Source: a virus. From it: a DNA stretch of 64,000 nucleotides. Position numbers and translations under genes: made by a program. Below, piece by piece: positions 18,825-27,450 of the stretch (position 1 is its first letter; each line of letters starts with the position of its first letter). The stretch is taken from the IMG/VR virus record IMGVR_UViG_3300032431_000001, positions 1 through 64,000 of that record. One strand, given 5' to 3'. The notes under the pieces are model-generated. The model was not told the DNA's origin, made no database searches, and was given only the letters and a program-made list of their open reading frames with translations.

Positions 18825-19163
18825 ATGACAGATATTAATTTCAATATCAAAGTAGACCCTAAAACACCGCAAGAAATCACAAAAGCTTTTGCTAGTGTTC
18901 CTGCTGCGCTTGCACTAACAGCGCATCAATCCGCCTTTGAAAGACGGATTGCAAGGCGTTTTGATGCGAGGGAAACCGATCGGATAATCGCAGAGATAAA
19001 AGTGATTGGGAATTTTGACGCGGGACAAGTTGGAGACATTAACACAGCTATCCGCTTTTCACCGTTCGGCGGCTCTAGCACCGCAACAGCACAATATATT
19101 AAGGATAAGGTGTTGGAAGGGATGAAATTGCAATCAATCTTAGATGACGTCATGGGGAATTAG
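18825..19163 (+). CDS. hypothetical protein
   Basis: 112 aa. Promoter TTTACT (18770), TACAAT (18793), N6, GTAGTC (18805). The stop TAG (19161-19163) abuts the intron-derived GTGCG. Confidence 0.5.
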   Translation: MTDINFNIKVDPKTPQEITKAFASVPAALALTAHQSAFERRIARRFDARETDRIIAEIKVIGNFDAGQVGDINTAIRFSPFGGSSTATAQYIKDKVLEGMKLQSILDDVMGN

Positions 19164-19448
19164 TGCGATTCGTTCAGGCTGAATAGGTAGGTGCGATTCG
19201 TTCAGCCGAAATGAGTAGAAATACTCAGGGATGGCTGGCTGGCATCATTAGCCAGACAACTGATTATACAAGTAGGTGCAAAACCTACCCCGCAGATGCA
19301 GCGGTGAAAGCATAACCCCTAGTTTGGTGGGTAGCAACCATCAGACTAAAGCGGGGTTAAAAGGCAGACTACTAGGAGCCGAACCCGGTAACTGTCGAGC
19401 AGGAGTCCATGTGCAGCATAAGCAAAGATGTGTCTGAACCATCTTGAT
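19163..19448 (+). mobile_element. truncated group II intron copy (5' ~260 nt of domain I)
   Basis: 19191-19448 aligns at roughly 93-95% identity with the reverse complement of 59311-59568, which is the 5' end (GTGCGATTCG...) of the full intron. The first 15 nt, GTGCGATTCGTTCAG, occur twice (19163-19177 and 19191-19205). Homology stops after TTGAT (19444-19448). Confidence 0.85.
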
Positions 19449-20820
19449 ATCCTCCCCACTGATGAATCAGGGGGATTCCAATCTACCCAAACAACGAAAG
19501 CTGTCTAGGGAACTGGTGGGTTGACGCTTCACTGGAAGATGCCACATTAGCTGCGGTCTTACTCCGTCCTCCACGTCCGTTTATAGTCTCAGGCAATCCG
19601 CCCGCGACTTTTATATTAATCGCCGCATTCTCATCTCGGTCGTGAACTGCTCCACAAAATAAGCAAGTCCATTCCCGAACTGAAAGCTCTTTTTTACCGC
19701 CAATTTGTCCACAACAAGAACATCGTTGGCTAGTTGGTTCCCATCGACTAATAACCCGAAAATCTCTCCCGTACATTTCCGACTTGGCTTCTAGCATTGT
19801 CCTAAAACTGCGCCACCCTAAATCGGAAATAGCACGGGATAACTTACGGTTTTTGATCATGCCGGAAACATTGAGGTCTTCTAGAACTATCGCTTGGTTT
19901 TCACGAATAATTCTAGTGCTCAATTTGTGTAGGAAGTCATTGCGGATATCAGAGATTTTGGCGTGAATTTTTGCAACCTTTCGACGTGCTAGTTCCCTTC
20001 GCTTACTTCCCTTCTTTTTTCTGGCTAACTTGCGTTGTGCCTTGTGAAGCTTTCTTAGATGCTTCTTGAGAGGCTTGGGAGCTTTTATTTTCTCGCCTGT
20101 ACTCAGGGTTGCGAAATCAGTTATACCGAGGTCTATACCGACAGATTGCCCGTTGTCGGGTAGTTTCGTCGGGGCAACTTCAACTACAAAGCTGATAAAG
20201 TATCGGTTCGCAGCATCCTTAATTACCGTGACTGAACTCGGTAAAGAAGGTAACTCCCTTGACCAGACGACTTTGATTCGCCCAATTTTAGCAAGATAGA
20301 TTTTCCCATGTTTAATAGAGAAGCCTCCGATCCTGAATCGTGCTGACTGTCTGCTGTTACGCTTTTTGAACTTGGGACGACTAATTCTCCGACCTTTTCG
20401 CGTACTTTTTAGCGAGTCAAAGTAATTCTTCCAAGCTACTCCTAAATCAGCAATTGATTGCTGAAGGGGAATGTTTGAAACTTCCGCTAGCCATTCCCGT
20501 TCTTCCGACTTCTTGGCTTGAGTAATGAATGTTTTTTGTAAATCTCCATTACTGGGTAGTTTCTCGGATAAATTGCATGATGCTAGCGAATCGTTCCATA
20601 CAACACGACAGCATCCAAACAATTTAGCAAGACTATGAACTTGCGGAGGAGTTGGATATATGCGGTATTTGTATCGTTGTTTCATATAACTATTTTAACA
20701 GTAAAAACCACATTAATACAAATAGATATATTAAGAATACGACTCACTTGAAGAAAGAAAAGAAGGCGGTTGAAACCGCTGCCGACTTTTCCCCGTGTCT
20801 AAAGCCAGGGGCTTGCGTCT
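19449..20820 (-). mobile_element. IS200/IS605-family element, tnpB only (IS1341-like); ends approximate
   Basis: The end downstream of tnpB has a hairpin, GGAATCCCCCTGATTCATCAGTGGGGAGGATATCAAG (minus strand), conserved with the second element (GAATCCCCGTACCTTAAGGTCGGGGAGTATTTCAAG). The upstream end motif AAAGCC..GGGGCTTGCGTC (20801-20819) is conserved with 27591-27620. No tnpA is present. Confidence 0.6.
19483..20685 (-). CDS. tnpB: TnpB (RuvC-like RNA-guided nuclease family)
   Basis: 400 aa. N-terminus YKYRIYPTPPQVHSLAKLFGCCRVVWN; RuvC residues in GIDLGITDF, VLEDLNVSGM and DRDENAAINI; zinc finger CSCCG...CLFCG. The C-terminus is ...PRQLSLFG. Confidence 0.85.
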   Translation of the reverse strand: MKQRYKYRIYPTPPQVHSLAKLFGCCRVVWNDSLASCNLSEKLPSNGDLQKTFITQAKKSEEREWLAEVSNIPLQQSIADLGVAWKNYFDSLKSTRKGRRISRPKFKKRNSRQSARFRIGGFSIKHGKIYLAKIGRIKVVWSRELPSLPSSVTVIKDAANRYFISFVVEVAPTKLPDNGQSVGIDLGITDFATLSTGEKIKAPKPLKKHLRKLHKAQRKLARKKKGSKRRELARRKVAKIHAKISDIRNDFLHKLSTRIIRENQAIVLEDLNVSGMIKNRKLSRAISDLGWRSFRTMLEAKSEMYGRDFRVISRWEPTSQRCSCCGQIGGKKELSVREWTCLFCGAVHDRDENAAINIKVAGGLPETINGRGGRSKTAANVASSSEASTHQFPRQLSLFG

Positions 20821-20879
20821 CGCTCTTCGGTCATGGGTCGAGAAATAATAAATTTCAAGACCATGATCCTGCTCGATAA

Positions 20880-21452
20880 CTATCTTTGCAGGGCAAGTAT
20901 TTCCGCAGACATATAAGCTTCGTTGTGCCGGCCATCAGCATTTTCGATGTCAGCAGCAGATGAGTGTCTATGAAAACGCAAAAACTCAGCTTGAGCGGCA
21001 AGCGCAAGAAGCTCTTCACCTGCGTAATTGGTTATATCAAACTCGTTGCGTAGCATTCTTTTTGCGTGTATCGCTTCGTGGATTAATACCGAAGCCCCTA
21101 AAATATAATCAGGGTTCCATGCACAACGCCCCATGCTGTCCGACCCCGCTTCATATACGCCTAGATGGTTTACCCCGCTATCTGCGTAAGTAGCGCCCAT
21201 GATGATTCCTCTCAACGTTGCTACTAAAGATTCCCATTTTGTGTTTTTTATTTCTTCTAGACAACGATTTACGTGTTTTACGAAAACATCACTACCTTCA
21301 ATCCTAATATCATCCAAATTTCGAGTTAACACCTCGGTATATCGCAATTCAGTTTCCGAAGTCGAGTGTACTGTATATTCTACCGAGGTATTTGTGTCAG
21401 TATTGTCGCTATCTGTAAACCCCCAAGTTTCCGCAAGCCATCCAATAAGCAT
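20880..21452 (-). CDS. putative zincin-like metallopeptidase (HExxH)
   Basis: 190 aa. VLIHEAIHAKRMLRNEFDITNYAGEELLA gives HExxH plus a Glu about 20 residues downstream (gluzincin-like spacing). This is motif-level evidence only. Confidence 0.4.
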   Translation of the reverse strand: MLIGWLAETWGFTDSDNTDTNTSVEYTVHSTSETELRYTEVLTRNLDDIRIEGSDVFVKHVNRCLEEIKNTKWESLVATLRGIIMGATYADSGVNHLGVYEAGSDSMGRCAWNPDYILGASVLIHEAIHAKRMLRNEFDITNYAGEELLALAAQAEFLRFHRHSSAADIENADGRHNEAYMSAEILALQR

Positions 21453-21572
21453 TTCATCGTCCTCTGTTGTTTTGTTTGCATACGATCGCTAGCATAACAG
21501 ATTTAACGAGATTATATATTCGTATCGTGTGAATTAACCTGAATTTAGTTCTCCCAATACCAAAAATTAAGT

Positions 21573-22577
21573 TTATGTTACCTTGATTTCTTTAATGGCT
21601 TCTTGCAAATGTTCGTGAATGACTAGCTCCTCTCGTTCAAGAATTGCCTGTTTAGCAGCATCTTGTGCAACCCTCACGGCTTGAGCGGCAGAAAAATCTC
21701 TCATCATATCAACGATCGCCAGCCAGTCGATCGCGCCGACTTCAATGGCAGATAGTGTTTCCTTTAAGATAAGTGCTAACTCTTTTTCCCCCGGTTTGGG
21801 TACTTCAATCAAATCATCAAAGCGCCTCCACAGTGCAGTATCAAGAGATTTATTCAGGTTCGTAGCTGCTACAAGAAGACCCGATGTCGGTTCATATTCG
21901 TCCAAAATCTGAAGAAATGTATTGACGACGCGCTTCATTTCTCCTACTTCCTGATAATCTTCTCTTGACTTAGCAATTGAGTCGCACTCATCAAGAAGCA
22001 ACAAGCAGGGATTTTTTAACGCATCCTCAAAAACAAGTCTCAAGTTGCTCGCAGTTTCTCCTAAAAAAGATGATACCGTTGCATCAAATCGAACTTTCAG
22101 AAGTGGTAAACCTGTATTCCAAGCTAAACGTTCGGCTCCCAGTGTTTTACCACAACCGGGAAGACCATACAGTAGAATTTTTTGCCTGTAGCGGAGCCCG
22201 TGATGAGCCAGCCTATCTCTTGCTGCATACTCGCGCTCAATTCGCTGGAAACGTTTTTCAATCACTTCAGGTAGTACCATGTGATGCCGCAGTTTTTCTC
22301 TTGGTATGACAGTAACTAAAGGAAGATTAAATCGCTTACTGCTCGACAGTTCACTTAGGGCTTGTCGGCTTTCTGGTACGACCGAAGTAGATGAGCTGTT
22401 AGATGTGGGTTTCTCTTTCTGGCTCCTCTTCGTAATACTCTCTAATTGATCTGCTAGGAGCGTGTGTCCCTTTTTGCGTTCCTCCTCGATAACTAGATAC
22501 GTCAATTTGTCGATCGCCTCTGTATCGGAACTGGCGATCGCTTTAAATAGCCTTTTAAGAACTTCTGCTTTCATCAT
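21573..22577 (-). CDS. AAA+ ATPase (classic AAA clade)
   Basis: Walker A LLYGLPGCGKT, Walker B CLLLLDECDS, second region of homology VAATNLNKSLDTALWRRFD. ORF track start is 22760. I prefer ATG 22577 (MMKAEVLKRLF...), which removes the overlap with the divergent MerR-like ORF. Confidence 0.8.
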   Translation of the reverse strand: MMKAEVLKRLFKAIASSDTEAIDKLTYLVIEEERKKGHTLLADQLESITKRSQKEKPTSNSSSTSVVPESRQALSELSSSKRFNLPLVTVIPREKLRHHMVLPEVIEKRFQRIEREYAARDRLAHHGLRYRQKILLYGLPGCGKTLGAERLAWNTGLPLLKVRFDATVSSFLGETASNLRLVFEDALKNPCLLLLDECDSIAKSREDYQEVGEMKRVVNTFLQILDEYEPTSGLLVAATNLNKSLDTALWRRFDDLIEVPKPGEKELALILKETLSAIEVGAIDWLAIVDMMRDFSAAQAVRVAQDAAKQAILEREELVIHEHLQEAIKEIKVT

Positions 22578-22720
22578 GATCCCTGGTGTAGGTTTATTCA
22601 GATATTGTAACAGATTTATTGGTAATACACTCTCGTATATATTAGTCACTAAAAATGAATGTGTTACGGGTGCATTATAATAAGGTGTGACTCCGTTAAC
22701 CACGATCGCCCGCAATAAAT

Positions 22721-23254
22721 ATGGAACGCTCTCGCGATACGCAGCCTTGTAATTGCCCAACTCAAGGGTTCACCCGACAAGAGACGATAATACTCACCGA
22801 CATCACGTCATCTCGGCTAGCATACCTTGACCGCGTAAACATAATTATCCCGCAAAAGTACGGCAGCCACAAAAAACCGCGCGTCGATTATTCGTGGGAG
22901 CAGGTTCTACAACTGCGAGCCATTACACACTTAAAGCAGACGATATCCCTAGATTTAACCCGGAAAATAGTTCACTATTTCGATGAAATCGGTATCGCTC
23001 AAGATTGGGGCGATCGGCATCTTGTAATAGCAGGTGAAGATATTTTTACCAGCAAACCAGACTGGTCGGATATGGCACAAATCATGAGCGATGCCGCAGC
23101 CGATCGCCCAGAAGATTTTACAGTAGTCGTTTTTCCTAACATCGATCGCATTGTTTCGGATGTGTGTCGGGTGGCGATCGATTCCAATTTAATTGATATC
23201 GAAACATTCATTGAACGTGCGAAAATAGGTATGCCTGCTTTATTGAACGGTTGA
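22721..23254 (+). CDS. MerR/excisionase-type HTH protein (putative)
   Basis: 177 aa. FTRQETIILTDITSSRLAYLDRVNIIIPQKYG...YSWEQVLQLRAITHLKQ follows the MerR-like HTH pattern. Divergent from the AAA+ gene. Confidence 0.4.
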   Translation: MERSRDTQPCNCPTQGFTRQETIILTDITSSRLAYLDRVNIIIPQKYGSHKKPRVDYSWEQVLQLRAITHLKQTISLDLTRKIVHYFDEIGIAQDWGDRHLVIAGEDIFTSKPDWSDMAQIMSDAAADRPEDFTVVVFPNIDRIVSDVCRVAIDSNLIDIETFIERAKIGMPALLNG

Positions 23255-23317
23255 TGGGCGATCGGGTAAGAAAAAAGCGAGCTATCCCGGATTTGAGATA
23301 GCTCGCTTTTTATTTAA

Positions 23318-23719
23318 TTAGTTACTACGAAGGCAGTTGTGGATATAGTAATTATCGACTTCCACGGCTTGGGCGATCGCCTCGGCGAATCGCTCCAAGT
23401 CGCCCCATACGGGCCAGTCGTAATCGTTTCCACCAATTTCAGGTAGACCTTCATCGAAAGATATGCCGGCGCTGTTTAGCGCAGCAAAAATCGCTCCAAA
23501 GCGACTGTTTGCCTTACCGCTCCCTGTCACGTATATTATTTTTTTGTTGATCCAGATACAAGAGTAGTACGTTTTCTGACCTTTTTTATACAGGTCTATC
23601 CTTACTACCGCTTCTTTGTCTGCACAATCTATCACTACCATTTGACCTTCCAAATTAGCATCGTGACGATGCTTTGGGTTGATCTCCATACGTGTAGTGT
23701 CTTCAAAGAATACTTTCAT
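23318..23719 (-). CDS. hypothetical protein, tandem paralog A
   Basis: 133 aa, about 80% identical to 23833..24231. Own promoter (TAAAAT, N6, GTAGTC; 23738-23755 minus) and own terminator (about 23274-23312). Confidence 0.65.
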   Translation of the reverse strand: MKVFFEDTTRMEINPKHRHDANLEGQMVVIDCADKEAVVRIDLYKKGQKTYYSCIWINKKIIYVTGSGKANSRFGAIFAALNSAGISFDEGLPEIGGNDYDWPVWGDLERFAEAIAQAVEVDNYYIHNCLRSN

Positions 23720-23832
23720 GTGATTGACCTTAGCTGTGACTACTTCATTATTTTAGCATCAAAGTGATCACAAGTCACGCTTAATTGACACAAAAAAAAG
23801 AACCACACATAAGTAATGTGCGGTTCTTTTCA

Positions 23833-24231
23833 TTAATTACTACGAAGGCAGTTGTGGATATAGTAATTATCGACTTCCACGGCTTGGGCGATCGCCTCGG
23901 CGAATTGTTCTAACTTATCCCAAACTTGCAAATCGACGTGACTCCCAAGATAGGGTAATGGTAGATCGAAAGATACCCCGGCGCTGTGTAGCGCAGCATA
24001 AATCGCTCCAAAGCGACTGTTTGCCTTACCGCTCCCTGTCACGTAGACAGTGTTTTTGTTGATCCAGATACAAGAGGAGTACGTTTTCTGACCTTTTTTA
24101 TACAGGTCTATCCTTACTACCTCTTCTTTGTCTGTACAATCGATCACCACCATTTGACCTTCTAGATTAGCATCGTGACGATGCTCGGACTTGATTGCCC
24201 GTAGGGCTGTGCTTTCAAAGAATACTTTCAT
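23833..24231 (-). CDS. hypothetical protein, tandem paralog B
   Basis: 132 aa. The 3' ~75 nt is identical to paralog A. Promoter at 24250-24267 (minus). Terminator at about 23793-23830. Confidence 0.65.
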   Translation of the reverse strand: MKVFFESTALRAIKSEHRHDANLEGQMVVIDCTDKEEVVRIDLYKKGQKTYSSCIWINKNTVYVTGSGKANSRFGAIYAALHSAGVSFDLPLPYLGSHVDLQVWDKLEQFAEAIAQAVEVDNYYIHNCLRSN

Positions 24232-24337
24232 GTGATTAATCTTATCTGTGACTACTTTATTATTTTAACATTAAAGTGATCACTTGTCTCTCGTTTTGCC
24301 CGATCGCCAGCTTGAATTTTCCATCAAATAAAGATAC

Positions 24338-24835
24338 TTAGAAATCAAAATCAGGCTGCGATGGTGGGGGCGGTATGGGAATGTTTTGCAAAGGTGTTGG
24401 GGCGATATATTCTAAAGTTTTATCCGGCTGCGTTACCGTATTACTGCTGAATTTGGAAGCATTTATTAGTTTTAATTCGTGATAGATACTGTTTCCTTGG
24501 TGCGTGTATTCTTTTTTGTGTTCGACTTGAAACAACTCTCCATTATACGCAATTCGTGATCCTGGTGTTAAGTCTGCAATCTTGAAATCTTTGCTTGAAA
24601 CGCAGGCAACTAAATTAGTGGCGATCGCCCGAATGATTCCCGTTTCTGTTGGGATTGCGCTTTTCTGTTCGATGACGTGTCCGCGCACTTTTCTTTTGGT
24701 ATAACTGACACCTTCAGAAAAGCCCAGTTCCGGCATAGCGGATTGAGTTTGTATTGCGGTACACAGTTCAATATTGTGAGCGAGTTCTGCGGAGAGGTAT
24801 AAAAAATCTTCAGGTGTGATATTGTAGTTTCCCAT
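24338..24835 (-). CDS. hypothetical protein (very weak head-tail joining/head-closure resemblance)
   Basis: ORF track 24338..24991 trimmed to ATG 24835 (MGNYNITPEDF...). The segment ADLTPGSRIAYNGELFQVEH...YHELKL loosely resembles SPP1 gp16-type head-closure proteins. Pro-rich C-terminus. Confidence 0.3.
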   Translation of the reverse strand: MGNYNITPEDFLYLSAELAHNIELCTAIQTQSAMPELGFSEGVSYTKRKVRGHVIEQKSAIPTETGIIRAIATNLVACVSSKDFKIADLTPGSRIAYNGELFQVEHKKEYTHQGNSIYHELKLINASKFSSNTVTQPDKTLEYIAPTPLQNIPIPPPPSQPDFDF

Positions 24836-24932
24836 TATTCTATAAACAAGGTATAATAGTAGAAGGCAGTGAAAGCCTGCGATATTCTTACAATACACTT
24901 TTTCCACCGCCTCTATACGGGGCGGTTTTACT

Positions 24933-25400
24933 ATGCTTAAAATTTTAGATTTTGACAAGTACGCCGGGCAAAGAGTCCACTTGTATCGCAACTTACATCA
25001 TCAAGATGTAGGGCGATTTTCGATTCAAGCCAATGAGGAGATGGATGGAAATATTAGAAAAAAAGTTGTCGGTCACGTAGACAGGGCAATCCTCAGAAAT
25101 GTGACATTTTATGTGTCGCAAAGTACGAGAACCCGGTCACTGGCAACCGGGCAAAACGGGCAGCGGACGGTTCACGCCTGGGCGATCGGTTATCTGATCG
25201 CCCAGGATTTCAACCTAGAAGAAATTCCAGGGGCGATCGGCATTCGCTACAATTACAAAGAACACAATTCGTTTGTAGTTACGGCAACGAACGAGCCTGT
25301 GCATCGATCCGAGTTTTTCGCCGTTTACGACGGGCAAGCTTTTATCACGCGGGCGATCGTATCCCCGTGCTGTCCCAAGCAGTTATCTTTGTTTGGATAG
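24933..25400 (+). CDS. hypothetical protein ending in consensus beta-clamp-binding peptide
   Basis: 155 aa. The C-terminus ...CCPKQLSLFG (QLSLFG = 25380-25397) matches the QL[SD]LF clamp-binding consensus. Palindromic terminator at 25426-25458. Confidence 0.55.
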   Translation: MLKILDFDKYAGQRVHLYRNLHHQDVGRFSIQANEEMDGNIRKKVVGHVDRAILRNVTFYVSQSTRTRSLATGQNGQRTVHAWAIGYLIAQDFNLEEIPGAIGIRYNYKEHNSFVVTATNEPVHRSEFFAVYDGQAFITRAIVSPCCPKQLSLFG

Positions 25401-25425
25401 CGCTAGGAATTTCATAAAACAAAAA

Positions 25426-25458
25426 AGACGCATCTAATTAAATTAATTAGATGCGTCT
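25426..25458 (+). terminator. palindromic terminator (AATTAAATTAATT-loop family)
   Basis: AGACGCATCTAATTAAATTAATTAGATGCGTCT flanked by A6 and T9, after stop 25400. Confidence 0.75.
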
Positions 25459-25640
25459 TTTTTTTTGTAAGGTTATTCGATTCCGATATAAACAGGTTGT
25501 AACCAAGAGAGAGAAACCACGTTCGTCGTTCATTAGCTTTGAGCCTTTTAAACTACCAATATAATACCAAAACAGTTGACGGTATATAGTAAACCGCGTA
25601 TACTGATATATATAAAGAACAAAAACAACACCAAAAACAA

Positions 25641-25886
25641 ATGGAACTCAATTCTGCTTCTAACTCGTATAGCATGGAATCAATCGTGAACTATGCACAC
25701 CTCCGTGCAAAAGACCAGTTGCGAATGACAATTGCTACTCAAATACTCGCGCAACTAGCGCTGGGAAACAATATTATTTGGACACACGATCCAGATGCTT
25801 GTTCCTCTGACGTAGAACTAACAGACCGTGCGATTGAATTTGCCGATTTACTGCTTAAGAGATTAAGTCAAAGCGAAAGCAAGTAG
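25641..25886 (+). CDS. hypothetical protein
   Basis: 81 aa. Promoter TTGACG (25576), 17 bp, TATACT (25599). Palindromic terminator at 25902-25936. Confidence 0.5.
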   Translation: MELNSASNSYSMESIVNYAHLRAKDQLRMTIATQILAQLALGNNIIWTHDPDACSSDVELTDRAIEFADLLLKRLSQSESK

Positions 25887-25901
25887 ATTTAACAAACAAA
25901 A

Positions 25902-25936
25902 AGGACGCATCTAATTAAATTAATTAGATGCGTCCT
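25902..25936. terminator. palindromic bidirectional terminator (near-duplicate of 25426-25458)
   Basis: AGGACGCATCTAATTAAATTAATTAGATGCGTCCT, between convergent ORFs ending at 25886 (+) and 25949 (-). Confidence 0.75.
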
Positions 25937-25948
25937 TTTTTAGTAAGG

Positions 25949-26239
25949 TTAGTCAATTCCGCACTTTTGAATTACACTCCGACATTTTTCGTAAATGTCT
26001 TTGGTCATTGTCGTGCGATCGATTAGAGTAAGCAGATTATCCTTGTAGTCCGCTTGAGCTCTTTGTTTATGAAACGCTTCGGCTGAGAATAAATACCTGT
26101 AGGTGCGATTCCCTTTCTTACTGGGAGCCTGCTTTCCAGACAGGCGATCGAATTTCAATCCTGGATACCTTTCTATCCGAATATATTTCCCCTTGAAATA
26201 CTCCCCGACCTTAAGGTACGGGGATTCTTGACACTTCAT
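25949..26239 (-). pseudogene. chimeric ORF: 3' part of a small gene interrupted by the second TnpB element
   Basis: The first ~16 codons lie inside the IS end or the tnpB 3' end. The remainder (GKYIRIERYPGLKF...VIQKCGID) lies outside the IS and ends at the shared terminator. Confidence 0.35.
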
Positions 26240-27389
26240 CGACTGATGCTACCGAGATAGTCTTACTCTGTCTCTGTGTCCGTTTATAGTCGTGGCGATT
26301 CCCCATCCCGACTTTTTCTATATTCTTTGCGGCGTTTTCATCTCGATCATGTTCTGCCCCACAACTTAAACATTTAATTGTACGAACCTTTAGATCGAGT
26401 TTTCCCCATTTAAAACCACACTCAGAACAAATTTGACTGCTAGGTTCCCAGCGACTAATTACTACAAAGTCTCTACCAAACTTCTCACATTTTGCTTCGC
26501 ACAGAGTTCGGAATTCCGCCCAACCTTGCTGACTAATAGCTCTTGAAAGTTTTCGGTTTTTCATCATCCCTGACACATTTAAATCTTCTAAAACAATAGC
26601 TTGGTTTTCGCTAACAACTTTAGTCGATAGTTTGTGCAAGAAGTCTTTACGAGTATCTGCAATTTGATTATGCAGTTTAGCGATTTGAATCCGAGTTTTC
26701 CTTCTGCGGTTCGAGTCTTTCTGTTGACGTGCTAACTTTTTCTGAAGCTTGCGAACTCTCTTGTCTAACTCTTTGTATGACGGGCTTTCAGCTTTTTCGC
26801 CGTTGCTCATAAAAGCAAAAGTCTTAATCCCCAAATCAATACCGATGCTTTGGTTTTTGGCTTCGATATTGACAGGTTCTATCTCAACTACAAAGCTAAG
26901 AAAATAGCGGTTAGCACAGTCTTTGATTACCGTTACAGAGCTAGGGGCTACTGGTAACTCTCTTGACCAAACGGGATTGATATCACCAATTTTAGCTAAA
27001 TAAACACTCTTACCCTTTATAGAAAAACCATTGAGAGTGAATCTTGCCGATTGTTGGTTGGTTCTCTTTTTGAATCTTGGACTACCTAACTTTTTCCCTT
27101 TTCTCTTACCTTTTAATGAGTCAAAGAAATTTTTATAGGCAACACCTAAATCAGCAATAGATTGTTGCAACGGAACATTAGAGACACTAGCAAGCCATTC
27201 TCTCTCTAAAGTCTTCTTTGCCTGGGTGATTACAAGCTTTTGCAAGTCGCCATTACTGGGCAGTTTTTCCGATTCTTTACAGATAGCCAGTGCATCATTC
27301 CAGACTACTCGAACACAGCCAAACAACCGAGCTAAACTCTGTTGCTGTTGGTTGGTTGGGTAGAATCGGTACTGATATCTGGCTTTCAT
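26211..27389 (-). CDS. tnpB: TnpB (RuvC-like RNA-guided nuclease family)
   Basis: 392 aa. YQYRFYPTNQQQQSLARLFGCVRVVWN; GIDLGIKTF; VLEDLNVSGM; CSECG...CLSCGAEHDRDENAAKNI. All catalytic and zinc-finger positions are present. Confidence 0.85.
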   Translation of the reverse strand: MKARYQYRFYPTNQQQQSLARLFGCVRVVWNDALAICKESEKLPSNGDLQKLVITQAKKTLEREWLASVSNVPLQQSIADLGVAYKNFFDSLKGKRKGKKLGSPRFKKRTNQQSARFTLNGFSIKGKSVYLAKIGDINPVWSRELPVAPSSVTVIKDCANRYFLSFVVEIEPVNIEAKNQSIGIDLGIKTFAFMSNGEKAESPSYKELDKRVRKLQKKLARQQKDSNRRRKTRIQIAKLHNQIADTRKDFLHKLSTKVVSENQAIVLEDLNVSGMMKNRKLSRAISQQGWAEFRTLCEAKCEKFGRDFVVISRWEPSSQICSECGFKWGKLDLKVRTIKCLSCGAEHDRDENAAKNIEKVGMGNRHDYKRTQRQSKTISVASVDEVSRIPVP

Positions 27390-27450
27390 TCGTGTTTCCC
27401 TCCGTTGTTTATTGTATTATACTGTATGTACTGCCATTTGAACGGACGAA

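Noticed and set aside
22578-22760. N-terminal 61-codon extension of the AAA+ ATPase
   Set aside because: The extension overlaps the divergent MerR-like ORF start and has no AAA-related features. The ATG-ATG at 22572-22577 has a purine-rich stretch upstream. Either start remains possible.
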